Assembly (NCBI GenBank): GCA_963811165.1
Contig: CAWEQH010000010.1
Location: 1,056,001-1,120,000 of the forward strand
DNA length: 64,000 bases
Reading direction: 5' to 3'
Origin: an uncultured Nitrospiraceae bacterium
Lineage (GTDB): Bacteria > Nitrospirota > Thermodesulfovibrionia > Thermodesulfovibrionales > UBA6898
Each line of letters begins with the position of its first letter. The first letter of the stretch is position 1. Under the pieces are notes generated by a model. That model made no database searches, had not been told where the DNA came from, and saw only the letters and a program-made list of their open reading frames with translations. This document shows positions 19,949 through 28,849 of this stretch, one piece after another. A program made the position numbers and the translations under genes.

Positions 19949-20592
19949 TTCCTTCCTCCTGCTATTACGACCGTGACCCTGACCTTCTCCCTTTCAGGCT
20001 TGACATTGGCGCCGGCCGCGTCTATATTCAGCTCCTGGGTCTGCGTAGAGTTTATTCCGGATATATCCATCTGGTCCGTCCCGATCTCGCTGATCTTCCT
20101 CACCTCGGTCTTGAGGCCCTGGATAACAATATTCTTCGGCTCCACATCGACAGTTTTCACATAATATCCGGGTGCCGGCGAGCCGGTTATCGAGGCCCTC
20201 ACCGGGACCGCCTTTGTGACCGTTTCGTCGAGCCTTACCCGGATGGTTGAAGGATCGATACTCGTTACCGACATCGCGTAGGGAAGTTTCACGTCGTCTT
20301 TGTTGATATGATAACTCCCCTCGCCCTTTCTGGCCTTACTCATATCGACCAATACCCTTATGTCGGAGGGTCTCAGACTCTTCATGATCCTGTCCTGCCC
20401 CTTCACCGTCACGTTCGCGGACTTCGCACTTGAGTTGACGATACCGAGACCGATCGGCACGTCCTTGAATTCGATCGGGACTTCGAAAGACACCTCCGAC
20501 TGTCCCTTCCATGTCACAAAGAGCCAAAGCAAAACCGCAATAAGGACCGCCGAAACCTTGAGCCCTAAATTTTCGAACAACAGCTTTCTCAT
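19945..20592 (-). CDS. cdaR: YbbR-domain diadenylate cyclase regulator
   Basis: MRKLLFENLGLKVSAVLIAVLLWLFV TM helix then YbbR repeats; between cdaA and glmM. Confidence 0.85.
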   Translation of the reverse strand: MRKLLFENLGLKVSAVLIAVLLWLFVTWKGQSEVSFEVPIEFKDVPIGLGIVNSSAKSANVTVKGQDRIMKSLRPSDIRVLVDMSKARKGEGSYHINKDDVKLPYAMSVTSIDPSTIRVRLDETVTKAVPVRASITGSPAPGYYVKTVDVEPKNIVIQGLKTEVRKISEIGTDQMDISGINSTQTQELNIDAAGANVKPEREKVRVTVVIAGGRK

Positions 20593-21356
20593 TTTTTCCC
20601 CTTCTGAGAAGAAAATACATCTGTTAGGAGGTCCCTCATCGTCCCCATATCGAGCTTGGTCTCTAACTTGCCATCCATGGCCATCGAGATAAAGCCCGTC
20701 TCCTCGGAAACGATGATCGCGATCGCGTCCGTTTCTTCGGTCAGTCCTATGCCCGCCCTGTGGCGCGTGCCCAGGGACTTGCTCAGCTCCGAACTGAGCG
20801 TGATCGGCAAAAAGCATCCGGCGGCGGCTATCCTGTTGCCCTTAATAATGACCGCCCCGTCGTGAATAGGAGACGTAGGATGAAAGATGCTGGCCAGCAA
20901 TTCCCTGGACACTTTTGCGTCTAAAGGCGTGCCGACCTCGATAAAGTCCTTGAGGCTCGTGTCCCGCTCGATGACGATGAGGGCGCCGATCTTTCTGTTG
21001 GCGAGCGATATTGAGGCCCTTACGATCTCTTCTAAGGACTTCAGTTCTTCGGCCTTCGTAAAGGTAAGAAACTGCGCCTCCCCTATATGGGCGAGAGCCC
21101 TCCGGATCTCGGGCTGAAACAGGACAATGATCGCGATAACGATCTGCGCCCAGAAACTCTGCACCAGCCAATCAATCGTATAGAGTTCAAGGTACCGTGA
21201 GGCCACCGAAGCCAGCAAAAGGATGCCAAGCCCTATCAGCATCTGCACGGCCTTCGTCCCCTTCAGGATAAGGAGCAGCCGGTAGAGGACCACCGACATC
21301 AGCGCGATATCGAGAAAATTAAGTATCCATCTGTGTTGTCTTAGAAGCTCTACCAT
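20589..21356 (-). CDS. cdaA: diadenylate cyclase (c-di-AMP synthase)
   Basis: Three N-terminal TMs, FQPEIRRAL, HDGA, GTRHRA motifs. Confidence 0.95.
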   Translation of the reverse strand: MVELLRQHRWILNFLDIALMSVVLYRLLLILKGTKAVQMLIGLGILLLASVASRYLELYTIDWLVQSFWAQIVIAIIVLFQPEIRRALAHIGEAQFLTFTKAEELKSLEEIVRASISLANRKIGALIVIERDTSLKDFIEVGTPLDAKVSRELLASIFHPTSPIHDGAVIIKGNRIAAAGCFLPITLSSELSKSLGTRHRAGIGLTEETDAIAIIVSEETGFISMAMDGKLETKLDMGTMRDLLTDVFSSQKGKK

Positions 21357-21490
21357 TTTCTACACGGGTCCCCCGGATATTGTTAAGTATCTAATTATAT
21401 ATCATGCAATATTAATTTTCCCGCGATATGAGGTAATGACCTCACTTTGTCGTATACTATTGTTATAATTTCCCCAGAGGAGCGGACTGA

Positions 21491-22255
21491 ATGAACGCCG
21501 TTGAGCTCTATAAGAAACTGCCGAAGAAAAACTGCGGTAAATGCAGCCTAAAGACATGCATGCCCTTTGCGCTTGCGGTGATCAAAGGTGATGCGGAGCT
21601 TGCCGAATGTCCCCTTCTCACCGGAGATGCGATAATTGAGATAGAGGGCTCCCTCAAGCGGTCGGACTGGCGTGAAGAATTGATCCTTAAACTGAGGGAA
21701 GAAATTAAGGGCATCGATTTCAGCGAAGTCGCGGAAGGGATCGGCGCCACCGTAAGAGACGGCGTACTCGTCCTCGACTGTTTCGGAAGGGAATTCAGGA
21801 TATCGCCTGACGGAGAAATAGCAGCCCAGGGGCGCATGACGCCCTGGATAAGAATCCTCGTTCTGCACTATGTCCGCACGGCAGGCAAAGGCGGCCTGAC
21901 GGGCAAGTACGTCTCTTACAGCGAGGTAAAGGGCGGAATGGTGAAGGCGTCCTCGTTTCAGAGGGATTGCGAGGAACCGCTCACGGAATTGTTCAAGAGA
22001 GATTTTGAAAAAACCGCGCTCATGTTGTCGAGGATGGGCACGAAGAAAAAAAAGGGTTTTCCGACAGAGCACGCATGGGAACTATACCTGCTCCCCAAGC
22101 TGCCCGTCACCGTCCTTTATTGGCCTCAGGAGGAAGAATTCCCGTCCAGGGTAAAGATACTCTTCGATTCTTCGGCTGACAGGTATCTTGACGCGGAGTC
22201 GCTCATATTCTTAGTCGAAGGGCTCGTCAAGAATATCGAGATGTCGCTGCACTGA
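21491..22255 (+). CDS. Fe-S domain + DUF3786 protein
   Basis: N-terminal LPKKNCGKC...TC...CP (AcsC-like Fe-S domain) followed by DUF3786-like region (LPKLPVTVLYW..EEEFP). Confidence 0.8.
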   Translation: MNAVELYKKLPKKNCGKCSLKTCMPFALAVIKGDAELAECPLLTGDAIIEIEGSLKRSDWREELILKLREEIKGIDFSEVAEGIGATVRDGVLVLDCFGREFRISPDGEIAAQGRMTPWIRILVLHYVRTAGKGGLTGKYVSYSEVKGGMVKASSFQRDCEEPLTELFKRDFEKTALMLSRMGTKKKKGFPTEHAWELYLLPKLPVTVLYWPQEEEFPSRVKILFDSSADRYLDAESLIFLVEGLVKNIEMSLH

Positions 22256-22274
22256 TTTCGTTTGTTGCGAGGCA

Positions 22275-22377
22275 GGGGGTGGTACTCGAACGGCTTCTCT
22301 TAACCCGATGAATATTGGGGGAAAAGCCCTCGGAGGGCTGACTTCGTCGGCCCGGCAATGATGAGAATACCGTCCCC
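22275..22377 (+). repeat. structured dispersed element, copy D (more diverged)
   Basis: GGGGGTGGTACTC/GAATACCGTCCCC stem; CCCGATGAATATTGGG hairpin as in copy C; CCCTCGGAG-GGCTGAC/GTCGGCC-CGGCAATGATGA. Confidence 0.75.
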
Positions 22378-22488
22378 ACGCACACCTCATAATCTTCTGA
22401 TGGCAGCTTATCTCGGAAGCTCCTAAATTGCTTTTATCACGGATTTCCGTTACATTTTATATGAGGCTGATCGGATGCCTCCCACCCT

Positions 22489-24109
22489 ATGGCCGGAATT
22501 CATTACAGGAAGAGATTTTTAAAAGGACTTTTAATAGCCCTCAGGATAGCAATCTCCTACAGGGTCGCGCATTTCTTGGCTCTCTTTCTACCGGCCGAAC
22601 GGAAGGCCGCCCGCCTCAAAAAACTCCACAGGAAAAACGCGGCGCTCATAAGAAAAAAAGCGCTTGAGATGAAGGGCGTGATGATCAAGGTCGGCCAGTT
22701 CCTGAGTTCGAGGATCGACTTCCTTCCGGACGAATACATAAGCGAGCTTTCCGAGCTTCAGGACCAGGTCCCGCCCCATGACTTTGATGAAATAAGGCAG
22801 CGGATAATCGATGAACTGGGTTCCGCACCCGAGGAGATCTTCTCCGAGTTCGAAAGGGAACCGCTTGCCGCGGCATCTCTTGGACAGGTGCACCGTGCCG
22901 TCCTCAAAGACGGGCGGGAGGCGGCCGTCAAGGTCCAGTACCCAGGGATAGAAAAAATTATCGAGACAGACATAAGGATGTTCGAGGTCCTGATAAATGT
23001 GATGCACGGCAGGATGGGCTGGATCGATCTGAGGGTATTGCATGAAGAGTTCTCGAGGGTTGTGCGCGCCGAGCTCGATTACGCCCAGGAGGGGAGGAAC
23101 GCCGAGAGGTTCAGGCAGAATTTCCTCGGGGACGAACGGGTTGTCATCCCCCGGGTATACTGGGAATTTTCGAGAGGCAAGGTCCTCACTCTCGAGTTTG
23201 TCGGGGGAATCAAGATATCTGAATGTGCAGTGATCAAGGCGTCGGGGACAGACTGCGGAGCACTGGTCAACCTCCTTGCAGAAACCTATGCCAAGATGAT
23301 CTTCGTCCACGGATTTTTCCATAGCGACCCCCACCCCGGAAATATCTTCGTCAGCAAGGGGCCGACGCTCGTCTTCGTCGACTTCGGGATGGTGCAGACG
23401 ATACCCGAGTCGACGAGGAGAAACCTGCGTCGGTACGCCAATGCCATCGTCGAAAACGATACGTCCGGCATCGTTGAGGCCCTTGAGAGCCTGGGGTTTC
23501 TTATCGAAGGCGCCGACTATAAAGCGATAGCGGACGTCACCCAGGACCTGATCGACAAGTACCGGTACAGCACCCCGGGGGAGCTGAAGTCCCTCACCAT
23601 AGACGATATAGGGGACGAGATCCATAACGTTCGCGGCGTCATCGATAACTTCCAGGTGCCGAACTATTTCATACTCCTTGGCAGGACGATCGGAATGCTA
23701 AACGGTATGGCGTTCAGGCTCAATCCCGAGGTAAACATCATAGAGATCGGCAAGCCCTACATTAAGGAGTTCTTCGCAGGCAGCCGCGAGGAGCAAATAA
23801 AGCGGGCATTCACTTCGGTCGAAGAAGAGATTTTGGGAACTCGTCGATCTCCCTTCACAGGCACAGGCGTTCCTCAAGAAGGCAAACAGGGGCGAGCTCT
23901 CCTTCAAGCTCGCAAAGTCCGAGATGCAGGGTATTACGGGCCAGCTCTCGTCCCTGGCCGACGTGATGCTCCTGGTGATCCTGACGGTGACCGCCTCTTC
24001 AGCAGGGCTCTTCTTCGCCCTCCTGGGGAACAAGGCGCCCTCGATCTTTGCCGCCGGCATGTCCCTTTTCCTCGGGCTTCTCTCCGTATTCAGACTAATG
24101 AGGCGATAG
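22489..24109 (+). CDS. ABC1/UbiB/AarF-family atypical kinase; +1 frameshift near 23830
   Basis: IKVGQFLS, LQDQVPP, AASLGQVH, AVKVQYP, HSDPHPGN, DFGM; the C-terminal two-TM tail lies in the 23924..24109 frame. Confidence 0.85.
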
Positions 24110-24283
24110 CCACAAAATTAGGACACAGCAACCCAATAGCAAAGGGTTCCAAAAAAAAATTCCACATTTGGAAAAACCAACAGACATAAAGAAAAAGATT
24201 CCGGACAGGTTACCCGGCCGCTTTTGAAGATTTCCTGCCGCTGGGTATATACTTGAATATAATAAACCGGTACGGTTGGTGCG

Positions 24284-24847
24284 ATGAAGACTAAAGAAAA
24301 AGATATCATACATACTGAAGGAAAAGATATCTGCAAAAAGATTACCCTTACCGGTAACAATCCGGAAAACATAAAGAAGCTCATTGAATGCTATAAAAAC
24401 GTCCTCGTCTGCGGGGTCAAGGGCGTCGGCAAGATCACCAATACCGTCCAGGCGGTCAGGAAAAATACGAACGTCTATTACATCGGCAACCGGGTTGATT
24501 ACGAGGGAAAGACAAGGCCGGGCAGTTTCGAAAAGTATCTCGCCTACATCCTCGCCTTGAAGAAAGACCTACACATCGCCGCCAACCTTGACGAACTCGC
24601 CGCACTGAAGGACGATATCATCCTCATTATCGATGAAATTTATGGCAGGAGCGAAGCGCAGCTGGCCCAGATCAGCGTACTGCTCGACATGAAAAACATC
24701 CGGATAATCCAGATCGTAGGCTGCATGAAATACATGGGCGCCCTCATCGATAAGATAGACGCCATCGTCGAACTTCACCTCGACGGCGCCTTCATGATCG
24801 ATAAGGAACTCGGCAAGGCGATCTGCGAGATCCTGGGCAAGAAGTAA
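24284..24847 (+). CDS. hypothetical protein with P-loop NTPase-like motifs
   Basis: VLVCGVKGVGK (Walker A-like) and ILIIDE (Walker B-like). Confidence 0.6.
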   Translation: MKTKEKDIIHTEGKDICKKITLTGNNPENIKKLIECYKNVLVCGVKGVGKITNTVQAVRKNTNVYYIGNRVDYEGKTRPGSFEKYLAYILALKKDLHIAANLDELAALKDDIILIIDEIYGRSEAQLAQISVLLDMKNIRIIQIVGCMKYMGALIDKIDAIVELHLDGAFMIDKELGKAICEILGKK

Positions 24848-24872
24848 TTACAAGGGGCGATGCATGAGATCT

Positions 24873-25373
24873 TTATCGCGTCCATGTCGCCGTCCCACCG
24901 ATGAACGATATGCCGATGAACCCTCTTACATTTAATTGATTGGGTGAAACGAGTGTCAGCTTGCCGCTGTATGTCTTACCGTTTTCAGAGTTGTATATTG
25001 TTCCGTTTTTCCACGAATTATCGCCTGCAAACACGAAGTCAAGAAGAATGGGCAGCCCAATAAGTGGGGTTTTTCTGAGGTTCGGGTCCGGGTTATTATG
25101 ATCGAGCATCGGCGTGTCCGGCGTCCCTTCTTTTGAACCGGCAGGATAATTCGGTTCCTTCAACCAAGCAATCTTGCCGCAGTACTTTATGCCGCATGTG
25201 TAGATCTCTATCTTTGCGTCTCTCTCTTGGGTATTCCACACCCCGATAATATCGTCCGGGCCCGCGGCATAAGCAGGTCCCGCGGCCAGCAGTATGCCTG
25301 TGAAAACCATAACGATGAATTGCCTCATATTGTCCCAACTAACGCGCTTCTGATGTCCGTCCCGCATGCCCAT
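24873..25373 (-). CDS. DUF2147-family secreted protein
   Basis: Signal peptide; GVW...YCGKIAW...DHNNPD...GTIY...GKTY...VRGFIG...TWTR. Confidence 0.85.
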   Translation of the reverse strand: MGMRDGHQKRVSWDNMRQFIVMVFTGILLAAGPAYAAGPDDIIGVWNTQERDAKIEIYTCGIKYCGKIAWLKEPNYPAGSKEGTPDTPMLDHNNPDPNLRKTPLIGLPILLDFVFAGDNSWKNGTIYNSENGKTYSGKLTLVSPNQLNVRGFIGISFIGGTATWTR

Positions 25374-25590
25374 ATATCATCTTCAATCCGCCAAAGTATA
25401 TCATACCCCGGCTTCCCTGTGATGCCCCATTGAGAGGGCAAATACAACAATGCAAAGCCGACCCTCACATGGTTGAAATCAAGGCGGCCAATGATATTCA
25501 TTACTTTCTTGACACCTTTGAAACCTGATATAATGGTGCATAGTCAACTGGAAGATAATGCCATAGCGGGCTTGCTTTAAAGGGAGGACA

Positions 25591-27084
25591 ATGGAAAACC
25601 TGAACGTCCAGGATTTGCTGAGCATGATCGGGGCCGGGACCAGCTTATTTTATGTAGTTACCGATAACGAGCAGTCCACGGAAAGAATTGTGACACAGGC
25701 CGCCCAGCAGGTGGAAGGGGCGGGAAGTATCTACGCATGGACCTGCACCGAAGGCTTCGTCCGGGAGGGAGCGTCATTCAAAGAGACGGTAGAACCTCTG
25801 CCGGCGCTTGATTTCGCCATCGCGCAACCCGGACCCGCCATTTTTCTTTTCAAGGACCTCTACAGATTTTGGTCGAATAGCCCGTTTATTATCAGAAAGC
25901 TGAAGGAGTTTGCCGTGCGGGCACGGTCAAAGATACTGATTGTCATTGGGGAAGAGGAGGCTGTGCCGGAACCGTTACGGGAAGACCTCGTTATTCTTTA
26001 TCAGGGCATTCCTGTCGTAGCCGAGATCAAGGCGCACCTGGAGTCCCTGAAAGAACGTGTCCCGTTACTGGCGCGGGTCTGTGCCGCTGATCCCGAGCTA
26101 ATGGGGAGGTTGGTGGTTGCGGCCCAGGGGCTTTATCTTGAGAACATCGAACGCAGCATCGGCGCTTTCAATCAGGCCCAGGTCGGCGGCGGAAGCGAAA
26201 TCGTCCGGAGGTTCTTCGAGACTAAACAGCAGATCATCAGAAAAAGCGGAATTATGGAGTTTGTCGTCAATGACGTCGATCTGGACCATCTGGGGGGGAT
26301 GGAAAACCTGAAAAAATGGCTTGAACGTCGTGAAACGGCATTCGGCCTGGATAACATTTCTACCGGTGCCAACATGCCGAAAGGGGTGTTGATCATGGGG
26401 GTATCCGGCTGCGGCAAATCGCTGTTTGTCAAGGTGATCGCGACACGGTGGCGCGTCCCCCTTATCCGTCTGGATATGGCGGTTGTGTATGGGGGGGCGT
26501 TCGGCAGCCCGGAGTCAAGCCTGCGCAAGGCGTTCAGGATTGCAGAGGCGATTGCGCCCTGCGTCCTCTGGATAGACGAGATCGAGGCCGGCGTTTCATC
26601 GCAGGGGTTCAAGGTTGAAGGGGGCTCCGCTTCACGGGTCCTCGGGTCTTTTCTGACGTGGATGCAGGAAAAAAGTGCGCCTGTTTTTGTCGCTGCTACC
26701 GCCAATGCCATCGAGATGCTTCCCGCGGAAGTGCTGCGCAAAGGACGCTTCGATGAGATATTTTATATGGGTCTTCCCAATGAAACGGCGCGGGAAGAAA
26801 TATTCCGCATTCATATGAAGAAGCAGAATATCGATCCTTCCGGGATTAATGTCCCGCTACTGGCGCGGTTGGCCAACCGTTTTTCCGGAGCTGAAATCGA
26901 GCAGGTGGTCAAATCAGCGGCTTTCGAGGCCCTTGCCGATAAGCGTCCTATAGTCGAAGAGGATTTCAAGTCAGTTCTGAGAGGGACCGTTCCTCTTTCG
27001 GTGACCATGGATGAACAGATAAAGAGCATCGAAGGCTGGGCATTTAAACGCGCAGTGCCGGCCTCAGGGGAATTAAGGCGTTAG
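25591..27084 (+). CDS. AAA+ ATPase, Ycf46/SpoVK-like
   Basis: [38 protein letters not shown]. Confidence 0.9.
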   Translation: MENLNVQDLLSMIGAGTSLFYVVTDNEQSTERIVTQAAQQVEGAGSIYAWTCTEGFVREGASFKETVEPLPALDFAIAQPGPAIFLFKDLYRFWSNSPFIIRKLKEFAVRARSKILIVIGEEEAVPEPLREDLVILYQGIPVVAEIKAHLESLKERVPLLARVCAADPELMGRLVVAAQGLYLENIERSIGAFNQAQVGGGSEIVRRFFETKQQIIRKSGIMEFVVNDVDLDHLGGMENLKKWLERRETAFGLDNISTGANMPKGVLIMGVSGCGKSLFVKVIATRWRVPLIRLDMAVVYGGAFGSPESSLRKAFRIAEAIAPCVLWIDEIEAGVSSQGFKVEGGSASRVLGSFLTWMQEKSAPVFVAATANAIEMLPAEVLRKGRFDEIFYMGLPNETAREEIFRIHMKKQNIDPSGINVPLLARLANRFSGAEIEQVVKSAAFEALADKRPIVEEDFKSVLRGTVPLSVTMDEQIKSIEGWAFKRAVPASGELRR

Positions 27085-27205
27085 CGGAAATCACTGGCTG
27101 ATGAATCTTTGCGCGGTCAGTGACCCTTGCATTCTTTACCTAAATCCATTAGATTTTATCTAAAGGGATGGCATCAGTAAAAACCTCGTGGAAGGGAGAG
27201 TCGAT

Positions 27206-27415
27206 ATGAAATGCTGGGAATTTACGCAATGCGGACGCGGGCAAAAGGGGGGATGTCCTGCATGGCCTGACAAGGGAGACATATGCGCTGAAGTTGTGGG
27301 GACGTTCTGTGTAGATAAGGACCGCATACTGGGCATAAATGCGATTAAGCTCAAAGACTGCACCAAATGCGCGTTCTTTAACAGTATCCATTACAAGGGT
27401 AAAAAAGGGCTTTAA
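27206..27415 (+). CDS. small Cys-rich protein (two-CW-domain-like)
   Basis: MKCWEFTQC...CPA...C..V.GTFC...CTKC.FF; GGAG RBS. Confidence 0.7.
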   Translation: MKCWEFTQCGRGQKGGCPAWPDKGDICAEVVGTFCVDKDRILGINAIKLKDCTKCAFFNSIHYKGKKGL

Positions 27416-27709
27416 TCGACACCCCGAATATTTTCCCCCTACTCGAAATTTTCCAGTCATTTGTGACGGGTGTCACATCCAGTGGCGCAGGGGGCAGTAG
27501 ATCCCTGCAATTAAACAATTGCTGTTAATAAGCTGTTAGCAAGGCCAATAAGTTCTTTACAGGAATATTACAGAAAGCGACAAATGACTTTTTGCCCAAA
27601 AATTAGACACCTCGCAAAATGAATAATACCAGGATGTTACGATAAACTATTAGGCTTTTTTCCGTCGATGCCTATAAAGAGTGTCTTTTCCCCCGAAAAT
27701 TAAAGGGTT

Positions 27710-27975
27710 TTAATTAGAACGCGGCCGCGACGGGATAGACGGCATCGGGTGGGAAGCAGGCGCAGATCTGTAAGCTCGCGCAGCGTGACCACTTCCACTG
27801 GTTGGACGATGGTCGCCTTGATGGCGATGGTCACCGCCGCGAAACGGCGCCACATAGTAGCCGGGTCCCCAGCCACCGTATTCGACACCAGAGGGTTCAT
27901 AGTAGTCCCCTCTCCGTCGTAGTATCCGTTTTCGCCAACAGTTGCGACGCAGCCGGGCAACAGAATTTGGGTGCC
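27710..27975 (-). pseudogene. fragment of a small Gly/Tyr/His-rich lipoprotein
   Basis: LLPGCVATVGENGYYDGEG frameshifts into DYYEPSGVEYGGWGPGYYVAPFRGG...; no intact start. Confidence 0.4.
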
Positions 27976-28021
27976 AAATCCATTTTGAAATGCAGTATGC
28001 TAATATAGAGACGCAAATTTT

Positions 28022-28540
28022 ATGCGAAATCTCCGTTTCATTTTGATTATTGTTTTGGTATTCTTCGTTCGCACAGACGGAGGGGCGTCCGCAGCGTATT
28101 ATGCTCCTGAGCCTGGAAATCATGCGCCCCTCTTTACTCTGAAGGACACCCAGGGGACAAACGTCTCGTTCTCGGATTTCAAAGGCAAGGTTGTCCTCAT
28201 TAATTTCTGGGCGACATGGTGCGGTCCGTGCAAGGCCGAGATGCCTTCCCTGAACAACCTCTATAAGGCACTCAAAGATAAAGGGTTCGCAGTTCTTGCA
28301 ATATCAACCGATTCCTCAGAAAAACCTGTAAGGTCTTTTGTTGCAGAAAGGGGGATTTCTTTTCCCGTTCTCATGGATAAAGACAAAACGGTCTATTCCG
28401 ATAAATATGCGGTCTTCGGCCTCCCCATGTCTTTTTTGATCGATAGGGATGGAGTCGTGGTTGGCAGAGTCGTGGGCGAAGTGAAGTGGGATTCACCTGA
28501 GATGAAGAATAAGATTACGGGAGTCCTGAACAGAAAATAG
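28022..28540 (+). CDS. TlpA/ResA-like thiol:disulfide oxidoreductase
   Basis: GKVVLINFWATWCGPCKAEMP, GLPMSFLIDRDG. Confidence 0.92.
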   Translation: MRNLRFILIIVLVFFVRTDGGASAAYYAPEPGNHAPLFTLKDTQGTNVSFSDFKGKVVLINFWATWCGPCKAEMPSLNNLYKALKDKGFAVLAISTDSSEKPVRSFVAERGISFPVLMDKDKTVYSDKYAVFGLPMSFLIDRDGVVVGRVVGEVKWDSPEMKNKITGVLNRK

Positions 28541-28648
28541 GGAGATTTTCCGTCATTTCTCTCATCAGTGAGATCCCGTTGAGCAATTGCCGGGCCTTTT
28601 GATCGTCAGTCGGCGCTGAAAGTTTCAAGCAGAAATAAACTGGGGTTC

Positions 28649-28752
28649 AAGAATTGTTTCAAATGCCATGGGCAGGGATGGAAAAATCCCCCGAAGGGAA
28701 GAAGGCCCAGATGACAAGCGACCAGCGCTGCACACCCTGTCACAAAAAATAA
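28649..28752 (+). pseudogene. C-terminal relic of a small multiheme c-type cytochrome
   Basis: KNCFKCH then, in a shifted frame, RCTPCHKK-stop. Confidence 0.45.
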
Positions 28753-28793
28753 TCAGCCAAGTCCCGACTTTCAGACACAAGGAAAGATAAAAC

Positions 28794-28820
28794 AAAAAAG
28801 CGCGGTCGCGTTGACCGCCC
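28794..28820 (-). terminator. intrinsic terminator of the glutamate synthase operon
   Basis: GCGGTC/GACCGC hairpin with A-tract on its left. Confidence 0.5.
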
Positions 28821-28849
28821 TCAGGTTTTCTTATTGAGGAGAGAACCCC

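Noticed and set aside
18599..21356. cdaA-cdaR-glmM operon as a novelty
   Set aside because: A well-known conserved arrangement.
24110..24189. C-terminal extension of the 566-aa ABC1 ORF in the track
   Set aside because: Out-of-frame read-through after the ~23830 indel; the plausible TM tail ends at 24109.
25509..25534. TTGACA...TATAAT upstream of the AAA ATPase
   Set aside because: The spacer is only 14 bp, too short for a canonical sigma70 promoter call.
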